From Hydrurus foetidus (taxonomy: Eukaryota), in assembly GCA_900617105.1 (NCBI GenBank), contig UYFQ01000529.1:1-50505 (forward strand): 50,505 nt of DNA. Direction: 5' to 3'. The notes under the pieces were generated by a model. The model was not told the origin of the DNA and made no database searches. It was given only the letters and a program-made list of their open reading frames with translations. Positions 45,804 to 50,505 of the stretch are shown piece by piece (within the stretch, counting starts at the first letter, position 1; every line of letters begins with the position of its first letter). A program made the translations under genes and the position numbers.

Positions 45804-47585
45804 TTAGATTGGAGGTGTTGACGGAGAGAGACTTCTTCTTTTGCTTTTGCTCTTAGGAGCACGAGTGGGTCGACGGGTCTTTTTGGCGCGGCGGCAGCGG
45901 GGTGCCTTGGTTGGTGCTGTCTTGCATGATGGAGCGGCGGGAGCCGTGAGGGTGGGAGCTGGAGTGGCAGGCCCACTTGGTGCGAGAACGGGAGGTGTAG
46001 TGACGTCCATGCTTGGTGCAGTAGTAGAGTCCATACTTGGGGCAGGAGTAGAGTCCATGCTTGGTTCAAAGCTGGTAGATGGAGTAGAGTCCATACTTGG
46101 TGCGAAGCTAGGGGATGGAGTAGAGTCCATACTTGGTGCGAAAGTGGGAGATGGAGTAGAGTCCATGCTGGATGCGAAGCTAGGGGATGGAGTAGAATCC
46201 ATACTTGGTGCTAAAGTGGGAGATGAAGTAGAGCCGGAAATCGGTGCGGTGCTGGGAGATAATATAGGTTCCGTATTAGGCGCAGCAGTGGGACTCGATG
46301 TACGAGGGGCACCAGTCAATGATCGCACACGATGATTATTCGTATCAGCGATATAGAAGTTATTGGCCGCGTCAACAACAATGCCCGCCACGTAATTTAG
46401 TTCAGCACTGGTTGCATTCACTCCATCTCCAGAGAAACCCATGGTGCCTGTACCAGCAACAGTTACTATCTTGCCTGTACTTGCCAGCACTTTCCGAATG
46501 CGATAATTGTTGGAGTCTGCGATGTAGACATTGCCTAAGCTGTCCACAGATACGCCTTTGGGATCTCTCAGCAGAGCAGTCTGAGCATCGATATTATCAC
46601 CGTTGAAGCCTCTAGTACCTCTCCCAGCAATTGTTGTGATAATACCTGTGCTTGCAGTCACCTTCCTAATGCAATGGTTCAGAGTGTCCGCAATATAGAT
46701 ATTGCCATCTTTATCGGTAGCAACTGCTAAAGGATTGTATAGTGTAGCATTTGTAGCTAGACCCCCATCTCCAGTGAAGCCTGCAGTGCCTGTACCGGCA
46801 ACTGTTGAGATTATGCCAGTGCTTGCTGACACTTTCCGAATGCGGTAATTACGAGTGTCCGCTATGTAGATATTGCCCGCTGCATCAACAGCAACGCTTG
46901 ACGGTCTCTGTAGGTTTGCGAGGGTCGCATTTGTCCCATCAATCGAGAAGCCTTGGAAACCGGTGCCGGCAATTGTTGTGATCTTGCCAGTGCTAGCCGT
47001 CACTTTCCTAATGCGATGATTTTCAGTATCTGTAATGTATATATTGCCTACTCCATCGACACCGACACCTTCAGGGCCACTTATTGCAGCAGTCGTTGCA
47101 TCAATGTTGTCTCCATTGTAGACCTTACCACCTGTACCGGCGACTGTTGAAATGATGCCAGTGCTCAATGTCAGTTTCCGTATGCGATTATTTGACGCAT
47201 CGGCAATGTAAATGTTGCCCGCCCGATCAACAGCTAAGTCTACTGGGGAAGATAACTGAGCCTTCGTTGCATCGAATCCATCTCCACTGAAGCCTTTAAC
47301 TCCTGTACCAGCAAGCGTTCTGATGTAATTGAGTTCGGCAGCAAGAGTCGAAAAAGAGGGAAACTTCCCCACGCTTTTCAACGATACGGATGCCGTGGCC
47401 GTCGTAGTGATGTCTTTGCTAGATGCGATAACTTCATTGAAGTCATTTTTTTGTTCACTGAGCCGATTTTCGATGAATTTTTTTGAGTTGACTTTCGTTG
47501 AAAATTCCAGGGCAAATGCCAAGTCGACGAAGTAGAGGACGGATACGCCCCAGAGGAGAAGAACTCTGTTTGAAGTGGTTACCAT
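45804..47585 (-). CDS. Secreted NHL-repeat (teneurin-type beta-propeller) protein with mucin-like stalk and basic tail; intronless
   Basis: First ATG at 47585 gives signal peptide MVTTSNRVLLLWGVSVLYFVDLAFA. Six repeats of T(V/I)AGTG..GF.GD...AT.A.L..P..VAVD..GNIYIAD..N.RIRKV. PSMDSTPSP(S/T)FA repeats and a K/R-rich end. Confidence 0.9.
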   Translation of the reverse strand: MVTTSNRVLLLWGVSVLYFVDLAFALEFSTKVNSKKFIENRLSEQKNDFNEVIASSKDITTTATASVSLKSVGKFPSFSTLAAELNYIRTLAGTGVKGFSGDGFDATKAQLSSPVDLAVDRAGNIYIADASNNRIRKLTLSTGIISTVAGTGGKVYNGDNIDATTAAISGPEGVGVDGVGNIYITDTENHRIRKVTASTGKITTIAGTGFQGFSIDGTNATLANLQRPSSVAVDAAGNIYIADTRNYRIRKVSASTGIISTVAGTGTAGFTGDGGLATNATLYNPLAVATDKDGNIYIADTLNHCIRKVTASTGIITTIAGRGTRGFNGDNIDAQTALLRDPKGVSVDSLGNVYIADSNNYRIRKVLASTGKIVTVAGTGTMGFSGDGVNATSAELNYVAGIVVDAANNFYIADTNNHRVRSLTGAPRTSSPTAAPNTEPILSPSTAPISGSTSSPTLAPSMDSTPSPSFASSMDSTPSPTFAPSMDSTPSPSFAPSMDSTPSTSFEPSMDSTPAPSMDSTTAPSMDVTTPPVLAPSGPATPAPTLTAPAAPSCKTAPTKAPRCRRAKKTRRPTRAPKSKSKRRSLSPSTPPI

Positions 47586-47713
47586 TGTGAAGTTCAACGT
47601 GTCAAATGTCTGTGACAGGTGGCAATGCGTATATTTCCATTCCGTTGCCCCCACTATGTCTCGAGCTGCTGAATTGTTGTCTGAGCGCACCGCACCGTAG
47701 GCGACCAGTTCCC

Positions 47714-48043
47714 TGTTGGGAATTGTTGGAGTATCCGGGAAAAGACACTGTAGTAGTTGTATAGTACCGTATATGCATGGAACCTGACGGTCAGCGGCGT
47801 CCACCCGGTTGGGTAGTGGCCAAAGCCCGTTAGATGTGTGGGCTTGTAGAGCCACCCGTTCAGATAGCTTCAACAAGGGACAGTCATGTGCAATTGTCTT
47901 GATGATGTAAAAGCTTCGTTGCCGTCTTGAATGATGCCGGTGCACAAGTTTAATTATCAAGTGATTACACAATACAGTCTATTTCACGAGCCTTGGGTCA
48001 CCGGTCTCTTCAGGTTGAGTCGCAATCCATCCGGATCCCAACA
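47714..48043 (+). repeat. 5' LTR of element C (start 47714 or 47724)
   Basis: TGTTGG...CCAACA termini. Shares GCACA(A)GTYTAATTAWCAAGTGA and CGAGCCTTG motifs with the LTR of B. The second LTR is not in the window. Confidence 0.75.
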
Positions 48044-48053
48044 TAATTAAACT
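48044..48053 (+). promoter_or_regulatory. Non-tRNA primer-binding site of element C (TAATTAAACT), complementary to its own LTR
   Basis: Abuts the LTR end. Exact reverse complement of AGTTTAATTA at 47947-47956. Confidence 0.78.
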
Positions 48054-48068
48054 AATCAGCGCATCGAG

Positions 48069-50505
48069 ATGCCGCCGAAGAAACAAGAAGAACCAAAAGC
48101 AGTTGCAGAGCCGTGCATGCTGAAGTTTGGACGGCACAACAACGTGGTGCAATGGAGGGAGGAAATGCAGGACGAAGCGTGCGGCCTCTACGGCATGACG
48201 GGCATGTTCTTCAGCACCAACAAAAGCTATGTCCACCCATATCCTCAAGAGGAGGACTTCAATCCCACCATTCCGACGGTGGGTATCGAAAATGAAGACG
48301 TGGAGGATGAAGGATCCGAAGACCTTGAAGATGACGAGGTAATGATCGGTCCAGCCCTACCCGTCACGCCCCCCGTAGTGCACTCGGAGGCACTCATAGA
48401 CAGGCTTCGTGCTAACGCATTCGAGGGACGTCGTAAGGCAGTTGAACTTCAGAAAGTCAACGAGCAGAAGCTCTGGCCACTCATGTGGTCCAGAATGTCG
48501 ACCAGTTCAAAATCCAAAGTTCGCGAGGAGCCAGGATTTGAAACTTGCCGCCTCACACTCGACAGTGTCAAACTGTGGGAGTACATCCGCAGGAGCCACC
48601 TAACGCACGTTTATGGGGAGGATGACTCGATGAGAGCAGTAAACATCCACGAACAGACACTAAGGTACAACTACCTAAGGCAGGGTGACCGTGAAGTCAT
48701 CAGCGAGTTCAAGACCAGATTTGATAATCAGGTATTAGCTAACAGAGGAGTAGGCATGATCGACGTAGAGGAGTCGATCAGAGCGATCGACTTTCTCAGT
48801 AAGTTGGATCCAAAAAGGTACACTGGTATGTTGACCGTTATGCGTAATAGTGCTGTACAAAACATGCCGAACAGTTACCCTTCCACCTTAGCCGGAGCCT
48901 ACAGGGTTGCGTCTTCTTGGACTAACGCGAACGGCGGAGTCCCCCTTGGTGGCGAACAACATTCCGCGTTCTTCACAGATGCGGCAATGCCGGCGAAGGA
49001 AAAAGTCCCCTCGAAGAAAGCTAGGGTCAAGACTGTACCGACGAAGAAGAAATCATCGTCAGTGACCTGTTTCGTATGCGGCGAGACAGGCCACTACGCT
49101 CGAGATTGTGAATCTCGCAAAGTCGGAGAGCAAGTACTGCTCGCACAGGCGGGAGAAGACACAGAAGACGATGACGAGAGCATCGAGGCAGCTTTCGTCA
49201 CGACGGATGAGGTTGCGTTGTTCACGAGGAGTCACGTCCTCCTAGACAACCAAGCCTCCGTGAACGTGTTCTGCAACGCGCAGCTGCTCACGAGCATTCG
49301 GAAATCGCAACGTAGAATCATCCTCAACGGTGTGCAGCTTGAAGCTAAAGGAGTAAAAGTCGACTTAGAAGGAGACTTCGGAGATATAGGACCAGTCTAC
49401 TTCAGCCATGGGGCCACAGCCAACATCCTCTCGTTCGCGGCGATGGTGGATCGCGGTGCGGACATACGATATGACCACGAGGCAGGGAGGTTCACCCTCC
49501 AACCAGCAGGGAGCCAAACGATATACAGTTTCAGCAGGCAGAACCTACCTGGTGCAAGCAGCAGATTCTACGTATGCAACATGGGCAACACGACACGAGA
49601 GCGTACATCAGTCGAGCAAGCGATGGTTGCTACTGTGGGGGACAACATGGCAAAGTTCACCAAACGTGAAGTGGCATCGGCGGCAGCTGCTAGAGAGTTG
49701 TTAGCACGGATGGGATACCCTCCAGTAGAGATGGCCATTGCAATGATCCGTGGGGGAAACAACTTCAGCGTGTCCGAAGCAGATTTTCGGAACGCTCACA
49801 CCATCTGGGGGAAATGCCTTGCCAGCCTCCGTGGTCGAACTCACAAGAAATCATCGCCAGTAGCTGACATTGCACTGACACCTGCGTCAGCGCAGCAGCA
49901 GCAAGTTCTAAGTGTGGACATCATGTTCCTGGACAACACAGCAATACTTATAGCTGTTTCTACCCCTCTAGACATGACGCTCGCTGTGAGCCTTATTCGA
50001 CTCGATACCGGCAAGACCACGCGTGCTGCTGCAATTGTGAAGCCGGCCCTAGAAGAGATGATATCCATCCTCAGATCTAGGAACTTCTTGGTGCATCTCA
50101 TCATGTCCGACGGTGAGGGTGCAATCGGCAAAATGAGGCTTGATCTTATGGCACTGGGAATTGAGGTAGATGTGAGCGCCGCAGGCGGACATGTTGCCCG
50201 AATCGAGAGAAGGATTCAGATGGTGAAGGAGAGAGCACGTGCTCACATCTGCGGTAGACTTCCGTTCACGTTGAACGATCTATGCAATACCTACTTAGTA
50301 CTCTACTGTGTCTCACGTATCAACTGTCAGCAGTCAGGCTCAAGGCCGGGGGGACTCTCACCGCGGGAACTATTTTCTGGAAGGCGGGTTGACGGGACCC
50401 TGGACTTCCGCGCTGCATTCGGAGACTACGCCGTTTGTACAGTTCCTAAGACAGACAACACTACGTCATCTCGAACTGAAGATTGTATCGTAATGTTGCC
50501 AACGC
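48069..50505 (+). CDS. Gag-Pol of element C (Gag, knuckle, protease, integrase), open to the window end; absent from the ORF track
   Basis: MPPKKQEEPKAVAEPCMLKFGRHNNVVQWREEMQ aligns with B (MPPKRVPE...CMLLYGKHNNVIKWKEHMQ). CFVCGETGHYARDC, LLDNQAS, VDIMF, MSDGE, IERRI; ends EDCIVMLPT in the same frame. Confidence 0.93.
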   Translation, partial: MPPKKQEEPKAVAEPCMLKFGRHNNVVQWREEMQDEACGLYGMTGMFFSTNKSYVHPYPQEEDFNPTIPTVGIENEDVEDEGSEDLEDDEVMIGPALPVTPPVVHSEALIDRLRANAFEGRRKAVELQKVNEQKLWPLMWSRMSTSSKSKVREEPGFETCRLTLDSVKLWEYIRRSHLTHVYGEDDSMRAVNIHEQTLRYNYLRQGDREVISEFKTRFDNQVLANRGVGMIDVEESIRAIDFLSKLDPKRYTGMLTVMRNSAVQNMPNSYPSTLAGAYRVASSWTNANGGVPLGGEQHSAFFTDAAMPAKEKVPSKKARVKTVPTKKKSSSVTCFVCGETGHYARDCESRKVGEQVLLAQAGEDTEDDDESIEAAFVTTDEVALFTRSHVLLDNQASVNVFCNAQLLTSIRKSQRRIILNGVQLEAKGVKVDLEGDFGDIGPVYFSHGATANILSFAAMVDRGADIRYDHEAGRFTLQPAGSQTIYSFSRQNLPGASSRFYVCNMGNTTRERTSVEQAMVATVGDNMAKFTKREVASAAAARELLARMGYPPVEMAIAMIRGGNNFSVSEADFRNAHTIWGKCLASLRGRTHKKSSPVADIALTPASAQQQQVLSVDIMFLDNTAILIAVSTPLDMTLAVSLIRLDTGKTTRAAAIVKPALEEMISILRSRNFLVHLIMSDGEGAIGKMRLDLMALGIEVDVSAAGGHVARIERRIQMVKERARAHICGRLPFTLNDLCNTYLVLYCVSRINCQQSGSRPGGLSPRELFSGRRVDGTLDFRAAFGDYAVCTVPKTDNTTSSRTEDCIVMLPT

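Larger units (their letters stand above)
47714..50505 (+). mobile_element. Ty1/copia LTR retrotransposon C, related to B; 5' part, continues beyond window
   Basis: LTR ends ...GGATCCCAACA at 48043 and begins TGTTGG at 47714 or 47724. Followed by gag-pol homologous to B. Confidence 0.93.

Noticed and set aside
47586..47972. 129-aa N-terminal extension of the 722-aa ORF
   Set aside because: It starts at TTG within the antisense strand of element C's LTR and has no Met. The first ATG (47585) gives a clean signal peptide.

Overview
Gene-dense eukaryotic DNA with short GT-AG introns, most likely from a plastid-bearing stramenopile (ochrophyte, possibly chrysophyte). This is inferred from a signal peptide + 'AF' plastid-targeting motif and diatom CoDi-like copia elements. 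Nine host genes lie in 10.2-41.7 kb: MBOAT/wax-synthase-like, a Ki-67-like FHA protein, NOL8-like RRM protein, TPR protein, SET methyltransferase, USP53/54-like DUB with PDZ, Ku80, GlcG/HbpS-like protein, and a PA-RING E3. A secreted NHL-repeat protein gene follows at 45.8-47.6 kb. There are three Ty1/copia LTR retrotransposons: a broken one at the left edge, a complete one with identical LTRs and ATGTG TSD (4558-10044, minus strand), and a related one running off the right edge. A cluster of TIR elements/MITEs occupies 41.9-44.3 kb. Best candidate for a new system: the two related copia elements have no tRNA-type primer-binding site. Instead, the 10-12 nt directly after the 5' LTR are the exact reverse complement of a conserved motif inside their own LTR, with a compensatory base-pair change between the two elements. 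This points to Tf1-style self-primed reverse transcription in a stramenopile copia lineage. Both also sit head-to-head just upstream of host genes.
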